Shown here: positions 11,206 to 21,881 of the stretch, one piece after another
Numbering within the stretch: position 1 is the stretch's first letter
Layout: every line of letters starts with the position of its first letter
Source: Candidatus Spongiisociaceae bacterium
GTDB lineage: Bacteria > Actinomycetota > Acidimicrobiia > Spongiisociales > Spongiisociaceae
Assembly (NCBI GenBank): GCA_965262915.1
Contig: OZ253564.1
Span: 1,568,001 to 1,632,000, forward strand
DNA: 64,000 nt
Reading direction: 5' to 3'
Position numbers and translations under genes: made by a program
The notes under the pieces: model-generated
Databases searched by the model: none
What the model was told of the DNA's origin: nothing
The model's input: only the letters and a program-made list of their open reading frames with translations

Positions 11206-11229
11206 TCGTTCCGCCTCCCTCAGGCTCGA

Positions 11230-11290
11230 CCGACGGAGCGTCCCGTCGGCTGAGAGGGCGCGCCTCTCAGCGCGCCGCTAAGACGGCGCC
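11230..11290. other. three consecutive stem-loops between SBP and ATPase genes (possible mRNA stabiliser)
   Basis: CCGACGG..CCGTCGG, CTGAGAG..CTCTCAG, GCGCCG..CGGCGC. Confidence 0.5.
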
Positions 11291-11312
11291 CCATGCTGTC
11301 AGGCCTGGGGCG

Positions 11313-12434
11313 CTAGCACTCGGCGACGTAGAACTGCTGCACGATCGCCGGATCGCTCATGTTGTCGCGATCCACCCAGATCGACGCGACGGCGACAGCC
11401 CGCTCCAGGCTATCGGGGTCGATCTCGCCCCGGATGATGCCGATGAGCGTGTTGACCGATTCGACACCCATCTGATAGGGCTGCTGACCGACCAGACCGT
11501 CGATGACTCCGGATTCGAGGTCAGCGAGAAAGTCGGGGAACAGGTCCCACGTGATCACGTCGACCTGATCCTCGAGCCCGGCGGCCGCAATGGCCGAGGC
11601 GGCGCCCTGCGCGGTGGTGCCGTTGCTTGTGTAGACGGCCACCAGGTCCGGGTTGGCCTCGATGATGGCCGCGAGGCCGTTAGCCGCAGTGGTCGCATCG
11701 TTGTCGGACCAAACGGTCGGCAGGACAGTCAGATCCGGTCGCAGCTCCAGGATGCCAGGCGCCCCGAACGTGCCGCTGAGGAAACCGTTGATACGCCTCG
11801 AGTTCCCATGACCCGGGCTGATCCCGATGATCGCCAACGATCCGTCCTGTGCAGCACTCTCCGCCATCTTCGAGGCGGCGAGCGCTCCGCCCAGGAACGG
11901 GTCAGTCGCCCTTCCCTGGACCGCGACCGGCGGATCCACGATCACGTCGAAGGTGACAACGGGGATTCCCTCGTTGATCCTGGCCTCGATCCAAGGGTTC
12001 GCGGCCGAGAAATCGTGGGGGACGTATGCGATCCCGTCCGGATCTTGGAGCAGCACAGCATCGAGGATAGGCTGCTGCACGTCCAAGCCCCACGAGTCCG
12101 CCGCCTGGACCGAGTACGTCACGCCTCCCGCTGCTTCAGCTGCGGCCTGGGCGCCGCAGGCAAAGGTCGTGTAGAAGCTGTCGTGGAGTCCCGGGATCAA
12201 TGCGAGGTGGATGTCTTCGGCCGGAGCGGCCATTGTCGTGGCCGCCGTTGTCGTCGTGGCGGAGGTGGTGGCCGGCGCCGCGGTCGTGGCCGGCGCCGAG
12301 GTGGTGGCCGGGGCAGAGGTGGTGGCCGGCGCAACTGTCGTCGTCACTTCGGCATCATCACCACAGGCCGCCGCTACCAGAGCAAAGGCGAGCAAGACGG
12401 CCAACAGCGGAACGGTACGAGTCCTCTTCAACAT
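11313..12434 (-). CDS. sugar ABC transporter substrate-binding lipoprotein (RbsB-like)
   Basis: Lipobox AAAC, Thr/Ala-rich APATTS linker, GQQPYQMG motif. Confidence 0.9.
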   Translation of the reverse strand: MLKRTRTVPLLAVLLAFALVAAACGDDAEVTTTVAPATTSAPATTSAPATTAAPATTSATTTTAATTMAAPAEDIHLALIPGLHDSFYTTFACGAQAAAEAAGGVTYSVQAADSWGLDVQQPILDAVLLQDPDGIAYVPHDFSAANPWIEARINEGIPVVTFDVIVDPPVAVQGRATDPFLGGALAASKMAESAAQDGSLAIIGISPGHGNSRRINGFLSGTFGAPGILELRPDLTVLPTVWSDNDATTAANGLAAIIEANPDLVAVYTSNGTTAQGAASAIAAAGLEDQVDVITWDLFPDFLADLESGVIDGLVGQQPYQMGVESVNTLIGIIRGEIDPDSLERAVAVASIWVDRDNMSDPAIVQQFYVAEC

Positions 12435-12547
12435 GATTCCTTGCCTTCCATCAGAAACAACCTGCAGGCCGACGCCGACGGTTTCAGTTATCAGCGGGCC
12501 TGGCTCGAACCTTAGTCCGTATAGCGGTTGATTGTCAGGGGCGTTTC

Positions 12548-13552
12548 TCAGCCGGCGTCGGCAGCCAACTCGATGGCGACATCGATGATCATGTCTTCTT
12601 GTCCCCCCACGACGCCGCGGCGCCCCAGTTCAAGGAGGATGTCCTTGGTGTCGACATCGAATCGCTGTGCAGCGCGTTTGGCGTGAAGCAAAAAGGATCC
12701 GTACACGCCTGCATAACCCAGCAGCAATCCGTCCCTGTCGATAATGCCCTGCTCCGGCTGCATGGGCCGCACGACGTCCTCGGCGACATCCATGACTGCC
12801 AGCGGATCGATACCCGTCGCCACGCCGGTCTTCTCGAACGCGGCAATGAGGATCTCGGTGGGGCAGTTTCCGGCACCTGCGCCGAGACCGGTAGTGCAGC
12901 CGTCTATCTGGTCGACACCTTCCTCATAGGCGGCCATCGAGTTGGCGACCCCCAGCGACAAATTGTTGTGGGCATGGATACCAACCTGGACATCGAGATT
13001 GGCCTTGAGGGCCGCGACACGGGATCTGGCGTCGTTGATCGTCATGGCCCCCGCGGAGTCGACGACATAAACGCAATCGGCTCCATAAGACTCCATGAGC
13101 TTTGCCTGCTCCACCAGCTGTGGGGCAGTGATCATGTGAGCCATCATCAGAAAGCCGACGGTCTCCATACCGAGCGTCTTCGCCAGATGGATGTGTTGTT
13201 CGGAGATGTCGGCTTCCGTGCAATGAGTAGCGATGCGGGCCACGCTTGCGCCGATATGGGCTGCCTCTACGAGATCGTCCTTGATGCCGATGCCGGGCAG
13301 CATGAGGACGGCGATCTTGGCGCTCTCGGCCTCATCCACCGCAACACGCAGCAGGTTCCTCTCGCTGGTGTGGCTGAACCCGTAGTTGAACGACGATCCG
13401 CCGAGGCCGTCGCCGTGGGAGACCTCGATGACGGGCACACCGGCGGTGTCCAACCCGCGGACCACCGCCCTCACCTGGTCTTCGGTGAACTGATGCGCCA
13501 AGGCGTGTGATCCGTCCCGCAGGGTCGAATCGGTGAGCCTGAAGCCGCTCAC
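12548..13552 (-). CDS. dmpG: 4-hydroxy-2-oxovalerate aldolase
   Basis: [40 protein letters not shown]. Confidence 0.95.
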   Translation of the reverse strand: MSGFRLTDSTLRDGSHALAHQFTEDQVRAVVRGLDTAGVPVIEVSHGDGLGGSSFNYGFSHTSERNLLRVAVDEAESAKIAVLMLPGIGIKDDLVEAAHIGASVARIATHCTEADISEQHIHLAKTLGMETVGFLMMAHMITAPQLVEQAKLMESYGADCVYVVDSAGAMTINDARSRVAALKANLDVQVGIHAHNNLSLGVANSMAAYEEGVDQIDGCTTGLGAGAGNCPTEILIAAFEKTGVATGIDPLAVMDVAEDVVRPMQPEQGIIDRDGLLLGYAGVYGSFLLHAKRAAQRFDVDTKDILLELGRRGVVGGQEDMIIDVAIELAADAG

Positions 13553-14478
13553 GACGAAGCCGCCTCGTCGTTGAGGTTGTGGGCGATGGCCTCGCCGACT
13601 CGGATGGCGGCTGCCGTCATGATGTCGAGGTTGCCTGCGTACGGTGGGAAGTAGTCGGCGGCCCCTTCCACTTCGAGCAGAGCGATGACACGCGCGGGAA
13701 CGGGACCGCCGGGGGTGATGTAGCGCCCCTCGTCGAACACCGGGTCGGCCTTGAGGCGATAGCCGGGCACGTAGTCGCTGACCTGATCCACCATGTCGAG
13801 GATCGACTTGGTCACCGTGGCCTCGTCGAAGCCTTCGGCGAGGCCACAAAAGACCGTGTTGCGCATGATGATCGGTGGCTCTGCCGGATTGAGGACCATG
13901 ATCGCCTTCCCAACGGCGGCGCCTCCTACCTCCTCGAGTGCCCGCGACGTGGTCTTGGTGAACTCGTCGATGTTCTGTCTCGTGCCGGGTCCGGCCGATT
14001 TGGAAGCCACGGTGGAGACGATCTCCGCGTAAGGCACTTCAGCCACCGCGCACACGGAGGCGACGATCGGGACGGTCGCCTGGCCACCGCACGTAATCAG
14101 GTTGACGTTCGGTGCGTCGAGATGCTCGGCGAGGTTCACTGTCGGCACGACGTTGGGTCCCTGTTTTGCCGGTGTGAGATCTATCGCTCTGAGCCCGGCG
14201 GCTGCGTACAAGGGAGCGTTGTGCTGGTGCACCCGGGCGGTGGTGGCCTCGAAGATTATCGCGAAATCATCGGCCTGCTCGATGAGCCAGTCGGCGCCTT
14301 TATGGCTGGTCTCGACACCGAGCTCCCGAGCCCTCGCCAGACCATCCGAGTCGGGATCGATGCCCACCATGGCCCTGAGATCGAGCGCATCGGAGCGTTT
14401 GAGCTTGTACATGAGGTCTGTGCCGATGTTCCCGGAGCCGACGATGGCGACAGGTGCCGGGAGGGTGCGGGATGTCAC
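13549..14478 (-). CDS. dmpF: acetaldehyde dehydrogenase (acetylating)
   Basis: [33 protein letters not shown]; overlaps dmpG start. Confidence 0.95.
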   Translation of the reverse strand: MTSRTLPAPVAIVGSGNIGTDLMYKLKRSDALDLRAMVGIDPDSDGLARARELGVETSHKGADWLIEQADDFAIIFEATTARVHQHNAPLYAAAGLRAIDLTPAKQGPNVVPTVNLAEHLDAPNVNLITCGGQATVPIVASVCAVAEVPYAEIVSTVASKSAGPGTRQNIDEFTKTTSRALEEVGGAAVGKAIMVLNPAEPPIIMRNTVFCGLAEGFDEATVTKSILDMVDQVSDYVPGYRLKADPVFDEGRYITPGGPVPARVIALLEVEGAADYFPPYAGNLDIMTAAAIRVGEAIAHNLNDEAASS

Positions 14479-15224
14479 GGCGAGTTACCTTCCCGCGACG
14501 TGGGCTCGCCGGCGAAGTCGACCAGGACGCCTTCGTATGCTTCGCGCAATACTGCGGCGTCGACCCCGATGAAGAGAATGTCTGCGCCCTTCTCCCGCCA
14601 CCACCTCGCGTTGGCTCCGGTCGCGGAGAAGACGCCAACCGAGACTCCCTCGCTCTTCGCGATCCGGATCACCCCTTCGATGGCGGCCACGACTTCGGGA
14701 TGCGCTGTCTCGCCGGGATGGCCGAGGGCCACCGACATATCGTACGGACCCAAGAACACGGCGTTGACGCCTTGAGCCTGCATGATCTCCAAGGCGTTGG
14801 CCAGACCGCTCACACCTTCGATCATGCAGATCACTTCGATTTCGTCGTCGGCATCCTCGACGAACCCGGCTCGTGCACCGTAACCGCCGGCGCGGACGAA
14901 CGGATTGAAGCCGCGGCCGCCACTGAACTTGGCGACCTCGACTGCGTGCGCCGCCGCTTCGGCCTTGGCGATGTGGGGGACTACGATGCCGGTGACCCCA
15001 ACGTCGAGCGCCCTCCCGATGGCCTCCGAATGGCTCGAGTCCACGCGAACCAGGCAGTCGGCGCCGAAGGCACGGGCTGCCGCGACCAATGGCGGGAGAT
15101 CGGAGACGGTCATCGGGCCGTGTTCGAGATCGATGAGCACGCCGTCGAAGCCTGCCGTGAGGACCACTTCGACGATCTCCAAGCGGGGGATTGACACCAA
15201 CGAGACGGTGCGCACTCTTGCCAT
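14475..15224 (-). CDS. HpcH/HpaI aldolase family protein
   Basis: [22 protein letters not shown] motifs. Confidence 0.9.
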   Translation of the reverse strand: MARVRTVSLVSIPRLEIVEVVLTAGFDGVLIDLEHGPMTVSDLPPLVAAARAFGADCLVRVDSSHSEAIGRALDVGVTGIVVPHIAKAEAAAHAVEVAKFSGGRGFNPFVRAGGYGARAGFVEDADDEIEVICMIEGVSGLANALEIMQAQGVNAVFLGPYDMSVALGHPGETAHPEVVAAIEGVIRIAKSEGVSVGVFSATGANARWWREKGADILFIGVDAAVLREAYEGVLVDFAGEPTSREGNSP

Positions 15225-15240
15225 CAGCCCACGCCGACAC

Positions 15241-16416
15241 TCATTCGACCCGCTCCTCGGCTTGGACACTCGCGACAGTCGAGATGTCAGGTGAGAACCC
15301 GTGCCCGACGTCATCGGGCACGGCCATCCATCCCTCCTCGTCGAGTCTGTCCGCGGGGTCGAAATACGGATCCACGAATGGGTTGCCGGTGGCGTCCCAC
15401 TCTATGAGGAACCCGTTGTCGAGCGACGCCACCAGGTGCGTGTTGACGTGCATCGACATTGCGCTGTTGAGCGAGTGGGGGACGGCTAGGGCGCCATAGG
15501 CGCTGGCCATGGCTGCGATGCGCCTGGCCTCGGAGAGACCTCCGCACCAGCAGGCGTCCGGCTGAACGACATCGACCGCTCCCGCCGCCAGTAGGTCGCG
15601 GTACGCATATCGGGTGTATTCGGTTTCGAACCCGGCGATTCGTACGCCGTAACGATCTCGAATCCGGCTGGCGTGCCCGTAGTGGTCGGCGCTCACCGGT
15701 TCCTCGAGGAAAAAAAGGTCAGCGTCCTGGATCCGGTCGAGGAAGTTGATGGCAGTCGGCGCATCCCACTCGGTATTGGCATCGATCATCAGCAGCGAGT
15801 CTTCGCCGATTGCCTCCCTCACCGCCATGACCCGTTCGGCGTCCTGGGCCAGTGAGTAGGTGTCCGGGCGATCCCAAACTCTGGACCATTTCCTCTCTTG
15901 GCGGCCGACCTTCATCTTGAATGCACGGAAGCCCCGTTGCCGGTTGCCGGATACTTCTGCGACGAGCTGCTCCAGATCCTTGTCCGGCGCATAGAAGGCC
16001 GCGCTGGCGTACGGCATGACCTTCGATGACATCCGGCCCAGCACGTCGACAAGCGGCAAGTTGGCGCGGATGGCGAGGATGTCCCACAGGGCGATATCGA
16101 TGCCGCCCATCGCGGCGACAACCGCTCCCCGCCTACCGTGCTGGGCGGTGTGCTGGTACATCTTCTCCCACAGATAGTGGATCGCGGACGGATCCTCTCC
16201 GCGCACCAGCGGGAACAACTCGTAGCGGAGGATCGCCGAAGTGACCGAAGCCGGCCCGCCCCACACCGCAGGTTCGCCCCATCCTTCCAGGCCGTCCCCT
16301 GTCGTGAGTCGTACCCACATCGCTTCGCGCGCTCGGACACGATGGCGTGCGTCGGAGAATTCGGGAATCGCCTGTCGCAACGTGAAGACATCCATCGCGA
16401 CGATGTGGTCAGTCAT
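15241..16416 (-). CDS. mandelate racemase/muconate lactonizing enzyme family (enolase superfamily, likely acid-sugar dehydratase)
   Basis: GIDIALWD, KMKVG, MIDAN, LEEP, QPD..CGG, PH motifs. Confidence 0.9.
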   Translation of the reverse strand: MTDHIVAMDVFTLRQAIPEFSDARHRVRAREAMWVRLTTGDGLEGWGEPAVWGGPASVTSAILRYELFPLVRGEDPSAIHYLWEKMYQHTAQHGRRGAVVAAMGGIDIALWDILAIRANLPLVDVLGRMSSKVMPYASAAFYAPDKDLEQLVAEVSGNRQRGFRAFKMKVGRQERKWSRVWDRPDTYSLAQDAERVMAVREAIGEDSLLMIDANTEWDAPTAINFLDRIQDADLFFLEEPVSADHYGHASRIRDRYGVRIAGFETEYTRYAYRDLLAAGAVDVVQPDACWCGGLSEARRIAAMASAYGALAVPHSLNSAMSMHVNTHLVASLDNGFLIEWDATGNPFVDPYFDPADRLDEEGWMAVPDDVGHGFSPDISTVASVQAEERVE

Positions 16417-17218
16417 TGTCCCTCCATTCGATCGGGCGTGGCCATGAGGCTGCGGCGGCAGCGGCTTCGACCGACCCTGAGGCGGCATGGCCCGGCCAGA
16501 GTTCGTCTGCTGCCGCCAGCAACCTGGACACGGACCGAATCGTCTCGTAAGCGTCGAGTGCGGTCGTCGGCACTGCACCTTGCTCGAGGTGGATTTCGGT
16601 GAGGAGAAGATCCCCGAGCAGGGCAACTCTCCGATCGGCGCATACGTCTCCGACGAGAGCGACCGACCCCTTCGTATGACCACCGACTCTGAGCAACTCG
16701 ACGCCGTCGGCGAGGTTCTCCCTTTCGCCGTCCCACGCAATGAGCCGGCTCTGGGATTCGAGCTTGGCGAGTGTCGCCCGAGTGCCGGGGGTGATCTGCC
16801 AGGTAGGGATCACATTCATAACGTACGGAGAGTCCAATACTTCCAGCTCGTGGGCGTGGACCCAGACCTGGGCGCGTGGCAGCCAGTCGAGTGCCCCTGC
16901 GTGATCATGGTGAAGGTGCGATACCACGGCCACGTCGATGTCCTCGGCCCCGAGCCCGTGAGCCGCGAGCGCTCTGCGCACAGAGGCTTCATCTCCGGCC
17001 GCGTAACCGAAGCCGGGACCTATGGCCTCGTCGACGAATCGGTGGGTGATCTCGATGTCGGCGACGAGCCCACCATCGAACAGGATCTTCTTCTCGCCCG
17101 CCTCGACGAGGAAGGCCCAAACCCCCAACTCGGTGCGAGGCTGCTTCACGAGGCCGGCCATGAAGCCCGGTACGGTGATTTCGCCGATTCGCAGCGGGGT
17201 GATGGTGCAGTAGGTCAT
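16409..17218 (-). CDS. MBL-fold hydrolase, N-acyl homoserine lactonase-like
   Basis: SHLHHDHAG, GGHTKG, LGD, WPGH metal motifs. Confidence 0.85.
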   Translation of the reverse strand: MTYCTITPLRIGEITVPGFMAGLVKQPRTELGVWAFLVEAGEKKILFDGGLVADIEITHRFVDEAIGPGFGYAAGDEASVRRALAAHGLGAEDIDVAVVSHLHHDHAGALDWLPRAQVWVHAHELEVLDSPYVMNVIPTWQITPGTRATLAKLESQSRLIAWDGERENLADGVELLRVGGHTKGSVALVGDVCADRRVALLGDLLLTEIHLEQGAVPTTALDAYETIRSVSRLLAAADELWPGHAASGSVEAAAAAASWPRPIEWRDND

Positions 17219-17237
17219 GTGCGGCCTCGAAATGGCT

Positions 17238-17999
17238 TCAGATGACCGTCATGGTCATCGCCCCGTCAACGGAGAAGGCGTGGCCGTGCACGAACGAGGC
17301 CTCGTCGCTGCACAGCCAAGTTACGGCGGCTGCGATCTCGGCGGGCCGGCCAAAGCGCCCGATGGGAAGTTGGCGAAGCATCCATCCCTCCGCCTCCGGG
17401 TTCTCTTTCCAGAACTCGACGTTCATTCCGGTGGCGATGTGGCCCGGACAGACGCAGTTGATGCGGATGCCTTGTGTGGCGTACTCCGCCGCCGCCGCTC
17501 TGGTCAGTCCGACGACGCCGTGTTTGCTCGCCACGTAGGCGCTCACGTTGGCGAGCGCGACCAGACCGAGAGCCGACGCCGCGTTGACGATTGAACCCTT
17601 GCCGTTGTCCAGCATCACCTCGAGCTGGTATTTCATGCACAGAAAAACGCCGGTGAGGTTGACGGCGACTGTGTTCGAGAACTCGTCGGACGTGTGCTCG
17701 TGGAGCGGTTTGCCGAGGCCGCCGACGCCTGCATTGTTGAACGCAAAGTCGAGGCCTCCGAGTTGCCGGGTCGTCTGTTCCACGGCGCCGCGCACATCGT
17801 CTTCAGCAGTTACGTCGGCTTCTATGCCGATGGCCCGGATCCCCTTCGACTCGAGAAGTTGGAGCGTCGTGTCGATTCCTGTCGGGTCGCGGTCGACGAC
17901 GGCGACCCGACAGCCCTTCTCCCCGAACCGAGCAGCGGTTGTCTGGCCGATCCCGGATCCGGCTCCAGTAACAAAGGCGACTGGTTCTCCTTCGAACAT
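17238..17999 (-). CDS. SDR family oxidoreductase
   Basis: TGAGSGIG, NNAG, YVASKHG. Confidence 0.93.
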   Translation of the reverse strand: MFEGEPVAFVTGAGSGIGQTTAARFGEKGCRVAVVDRDPTGIDTTLQLLESKGIRAIGIEADVTAEDDVRGAVEQTTRQLGGLDFAFNNAGVGGLGKPLHEHTSDEFSNTVAVNLTGVFLCMKYQLEVMLDNGKGSIVNAASALGLVALANVSAYVASKHGVVGLTRAAAAEYATQGIRINCVCPGHIATGMNVEFWKENPEAEGWMLRQLPIGRFGRPAEIAAAVTWLCSDEASFVHGHAFSVDGAMTMTVI

Positions 18000-18028
18000 G
18001 AGTGCTCCGATCTGGCGGACCTACCGAG

Positions 18029-18127
18029 GAGAGTGCTGAGCAATCCACCGGCGGCCCGTCGGTCAACGATAAAATACCCGGTCAACGAGCGACGGGCCAA
18101 CAGCAATCGTCATTGTTCAGCCTTCTC
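18029..18127 (+). mobile_element. 99-bp MITE-like element, copy A
   Basis: Ends GAGAGTGCTGAGCAAT / ATTGTTCAGCCTTCTC; flanked by 4-bp CGAG on both sides; homologous to 25151-25249 and 63884-63982. Confidence 0.75.
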
Positions 18128-18271
18128 CGAGAACCACGATAATCAGCAACGTGAACACGGCCCGGCAAATGGTACAGTTGTCACAACCACGGAGCGTCCG
18201 GCGTGATGCCGGCTGAGCGGGGCGGAGGTTGGTTGGTGAGCGATACCGGGGGTGGTACCGAGGCTGCCGAT

Positions 18272-19771
18272 ATGGGTCGCCGCTACCGCATTGCCATCGG
18301 CGGGATACTCACGGAGAGCAACGACTTCTGCGGACAGCCAACTGACATCGCCGCCTTCGAGCGTGGCGTTTTCGCCCGGGGCGATGCCGTGCTTGAGCTC
18401 GAAAGTTCCAGCGTTGGAGGGATGCTCAAGGGGCTTCGCGAATACGGCGCCGACATAGTGCCGCTGTTCTTCGCCGCAGCCCACCCGGGTGGGGCGGTGA
18501 CGTCGGAAGCGTACTCGAGCATGCGAGCGGAGTTGCTCGGTGCTCTCGAGCAGGCCTTACCGGTCGACGGTGTGCTGTTACCCCTTCACGGCTCGGCGGC
18601 CGCGGAGGACGTAGACGACCCGGAAGGCGACATCGCCGGTGCGGTGCGATCGCTGGTCGGACCAGCGGCCCCGATTGTCGTGTCTCTCGACCTGCACGCG
18701 TCGATTACCGTCGCCATGATGCGCCACTGCGATGTCCTCTTGGGCTGTGAGACGTATCCGCACACGGACTACGACAAGACCGGCGAGCGGGCGGCGCGAA
18801 TGATCCACCAGATTCTCGATGGTGCGATCAACCCGACGATGGTGATGGCCAAGGCGCCGATGATCGTAGGTGCAGTGAACACTGCGACTGCGGGACCGGG
18901 ACCGTTTGGTGATCTCATGCGGGGCGCCAAGGCCTTCGAGGGACAAGGCGGCGTGATCTCGACCAGCGCGTTCCTGGTCCATCCGCATCTCGACCGACCG
19001 GAGATGGGCAGTGGTGCACTCGTCATCACCGACGACGACGTCGAGATCGCCACCGAGATCGCCACCGACCTCGCCGCTGATTTCTGGCGGCGACGTGCCG
19101 ACATCGAGCCTTCCCTGTTCTCACCTGAAGCTGCGGTCCGGCGCGGGCTCGAAGCGGAGGGCGGGCCGGTGATCCTGGTCGAGGCCGCTGACTGTGTAGG
19201 CGGGGGCGCCACCGGAGACAGCGTGGCCACCCTCGCGGCCCTCCTCGATGCCGGGGTTCGTGAAGAGTGCTTGGTCCCGGTCGTCGATCCGGGTGTCGCC
19301 GCGGTCTGTCACGACGCCGGAGTCGGCGCGGAGGTCACCGTCGCTATCGGACATTCCGTCGATCCTCAGTGGGGCGACCCGATCGAAGTGACCGGCACGG
19401 TCGACAGGCTGAGCGATGGCCGCTTCACCTACGTGGGCGGGGCGTTTGAAGGGGAGGCAACGATGGGACCGTCGGCCGTGCTCTCCATAGGCGCGATCCG
19501 GGTCCTCGTCATGACCCATGGTACCTACGACTGGTGTGACGAGCAGTTCCGGGCGGTTGGTCTCGATCCGAGCGCCGCGAAGTTCATCGTTGCCAAGAAT
19601 CCGATGAACCATGTCATGACCTACGGTGACATCGCAACGGAGATCGTCGTCATCGACAGCCCGGGTCCGACTCCGGCGACGGTACGGGGCCTCCCGTTCC
19701 GTCGTCTCGACCGACCGGTCTACCCGTTCGACGAGGACATCCCGGATTTGGAGCCGTTGATTCTCCAATGA
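18272..19771 (+). CDS. M81 family metallopeptidase (MlrC-like)
   Basis: TESNDF, LHGS, LDLHA, TYPHTD, DCVGGGATGD motifs. Confidence 0.9.
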   Translation: MGRRYRIAIGGILTESNDFCGQPTDIAAFERGVFARGDAVLELESSSVGGMLKGLREYGADIVPLFFAAAHPGGAVTSEAYSSMRAELLGALEQALPVDGVLLPLHGSAAAEDVDDPEGDIAGAVRSLVGPAAPIVVSLDLHASITVAMMRHCDVLLGCETYPHTDYDKTGERAARMIHQILDGAINPTMVMAKAPMIVGAVNTATAGPGPFGDLMRGAKAFEGQGGVISTSAFLVHPHLDRPEMGSGALVITDDDVEIATEIATDLAADFWRRRADIEPSLFSPEAAVRRGLEAEGGPVILVEAADCVGGGATGDSVATLAALLDAGVREECLVPVVDPGVAAVCHDAGVGAEVTVAIGHSVDPQWGDPIEVTGTVDRLSDGRFTYVGGAFEGEATMGPSAVLSIGAIRVLVMTHGTYDWCDEQFRAVGLDPSAAKFIVAKNPMNHVMTYGDIATEIVVIDSPGPTPATVRGLPFRRLDRPVYPFDEDIPDLEPLILQ

Positions 19772-20247
19772 GGCAAGATACTGCTAGCCAGAAACCTCCC
19801 GTGAACCTCCGCGTGTTTGGATCCCGCCGGATCCGGCTTCTTCTCCCACATCGAAGGCGAGTTATCGCGCTTTTAATGTTTGTGGCGCTGCTCGCCCAGG
19901 CGTGCGGCGGCGACAACCCCGGTTCGGGTGCGGTAGCGACGACAGCGGGCGCCGGAACCACCGCCGGGGCGTCGGCTTCCGCCATCTCTCTGGAAGAGGT
20001 GGTCTCTCACTGTGGGGTCGACGAGATCCGCAGTGGTCTCGAGGACCGGACCGAGGAGGAGTTGGTGGCCACCTACAACTCGTTGCTGATACAAATCTCC
20101 CACCGGCACGAGTCTCGTGAAGCTATGCCGGCCCATGTGGTTGTGCTGGGCGAGGAGGGTGCGCGGCTCTTCCATGATGGCGACGCCCTCGGCGGCGCAG
20201 CGCATATGGACGCGGCTGTCAACTGTGTGCTGGTGCTCGGATCGTGA
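19768..20247 (+). CDS. hypothetical lipoprotein (start uncertain)
   Basis: Hydrophobic stretch ending in lipobox AQAC, then Thr/Ala linker. Confidence 0.6.
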   Translation: MRQDTASQKPPVNLRVFGSRRIRLLLPHRRRVIALLMFVALLAQACGGDNPGSGAVATTAGAGTTAGASASAISLEEVVSHCGVDEIRSGLEDRTEEELVATYNSLLIQISHRHESREAMPAHVVVLGEEGARLFHDGDALGGAAHMDAAVNCVLVLGS

Positions 20248-20780
20248 GGGTCGCCGGCGCGGTAGCCGAGATCCTGAGACGGGAAGGCGTCGAGTTCATC
20301 ACCGCCAAGGAGAACACCTATTCGGTCTACTGAGCGCGATCGGCCCAGGTCCTTTCGCCAGGAAGCGCCCGAGCCGTGGTCGCGCGAGTCGGGCTTCGTC
20401 ACCCTGCACGCAAATCCGAACGAGCCGTCCCACCGTCTCATCGGAGTGGAACAGCTGAAGCGTATGACACCCACCGCATAGCTCATCAACACCGCCCGGG
20501 GCCGACTGATCGACCAGGAGGCATTGACCGAGGCTCTGCAGACGGAATCATCGTCGGCGCCGCTCTCGACGTTTCTAGAGACGGAACCTCTCGGGGAAGA
20601 CGAACCACTCCGACCTTCCCAACGTCATCTGCTTTCCCCACATCGGTACCGCCACCACACAGACCCGCCGTCGAATGCGGGAGCCGGCGGTACGCAACCT
20701 GGTTGTAGCCCTGGCGCCGGTGAGACTCCGCCCGCAGCGGTGAACCTGGACGTGTTGACGCCGCCCTCATCGGTGTAGCC
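20244..20780 (+). pseudogene. fused remnants of a TPP-binding enzyme N-terminus and a D-2-hydroxyacid dehydrogenase C-terminus
   Basis: AVAEILRREGVEFI, then FVTLH...(stop)LINTARG...GAALDV...PHIGTAT with stops and frameshifts. Confidence 0.7.
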
Positions 20781-20783
20781 TCG

Positions 20784-21881
20784 GTGCAGCGAGACGGGAG
20801 AACCATGTTCGACGGCGAGCCGGTCGCTTCGATACCAGGGGGCCGGATGGGTGCGGCCCGGGTATGGGACGTCCGGGGTTCGTTCGAGCCGGCAGAAGCC
20901 TTGGCGGCGCTACCGGGCGCTGTGAGCGTTGAGGACGCGGCCCGGTCGCTGCTGTCCGGAATGCTATTGGTACGCCGCTTCGAGGAAACAGCGGTAGAGC
21001 TGATGAGGCAGGGCCGCATCGTCGGGGCTGTCCATACCAGTATCGGGCAGGAGGCGACCGCGGTCGGGATCTGCTCGGCGCTGGCGCCGCAGGACCTGAT
21101 CACGGGCACCCACCGATCGCACGGTCATCTGCTGGCGAAGGGATCATCGCCGAAAGCTCTGATGGCGGAGCTTTTCGGAAAGACAACGGGGGTAAGCCGA
21201 GGGCGAGGCGGGTCGATGCATGTTGCTGACATCGAAAAGGGCTCTCTGGGCGCATCGGGGATTGTCGGTGGCGGTCTCCCCATTGCGGTGGGAGCAGCAT
21301 GGGCTCGGCGGCTGCAGGGTGAAGACCTGGTGAGCCTGGCCTTCTTCGGTGACGGCGCCGCCAACCAGGGAATGGTCCATGAGGCGATGAATCTGGCCGC
21401 GGTCTGGCGGACGCCGACGATCTTCGTTTGCGAGAACAACGGTTACGCCATCTCGACACCGGCCGAGGACACGGTGGCCGGCGAACACGTTGCGTACCGT
21501 GCCCTGGCCTACGGCTTCGACGGATGCATTGCCGATGGACAGAACGTGTTCGAGATGCTGGCTGTGGCAACTGCGGTCACGACGTTGGTTCGCAGCCGGC
21601 AGGCACCATTCCTCATCGAGGCGAAGACCTACCGGTACCGTGAGCACGCCGAAGGAATCTCATTGGCTTACCGCGATGACTCCGAAATCGAAGACTGGAA
21701 GAGTCGACGTGATCCGATCGCCACGTTCGTCGCGACCACAGATGAGTTGGGCATTCTGTCTCCGAACGACGTTGCGGAGATCGAGGACCGGATCAACGAG
21801 GTGATGAGCGAGGCCGTGGCGTTCGCCCAAGACAGTCCTGCGCCCGATCCCTCGGAGCTATACCGTTACCTCTATGCCTGA
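20784..21881 (+). CDS. TPP-dependent 2-oxoacid/acetoin dehydrogenase E1 alpha
   Basis: IGQEA, THRSHGH, GRGGSMH, GDGAAN...ENN TPP motif, TYRYREH. Confidence 0.92.
   Translation: MQRDGRTMFDGEPVASIPGGRMGAARVWDVRGSFEPAEALAALPGAVSVEDAARSLLSGMLLVRRFEETAVELMRQGRIVGAVHTSIGQEATAVGICSALAPQDLITGTHRSHGHLLAKGSSPKALMAELFGKTTGVSRGRGGSMHVADIEKGSLGASGIVGGGLPIAVGAAWARRLQGEDLVSLAFFGDGAANQGMVHEAMNLAAVWRTPTIFVCENNGYAISTPAEDTVAGEHVAYRALAYGFDGCIADGQNVFEMLAVATAVTTLVRSRQAPFLIEAKTYRYREHAEGISLAYRDDSEIEDWKSRRDPIATFVATTDELGILSPNDVAEIEDRINEVMSEAVAFAQDSPAPDPSELYRYLYA

Noticed and set aside
12265-12333. 18-bp tandem repeats as a regulatory array
   Set aside because: They encode the ordinary APATTS lipoprotein linker.
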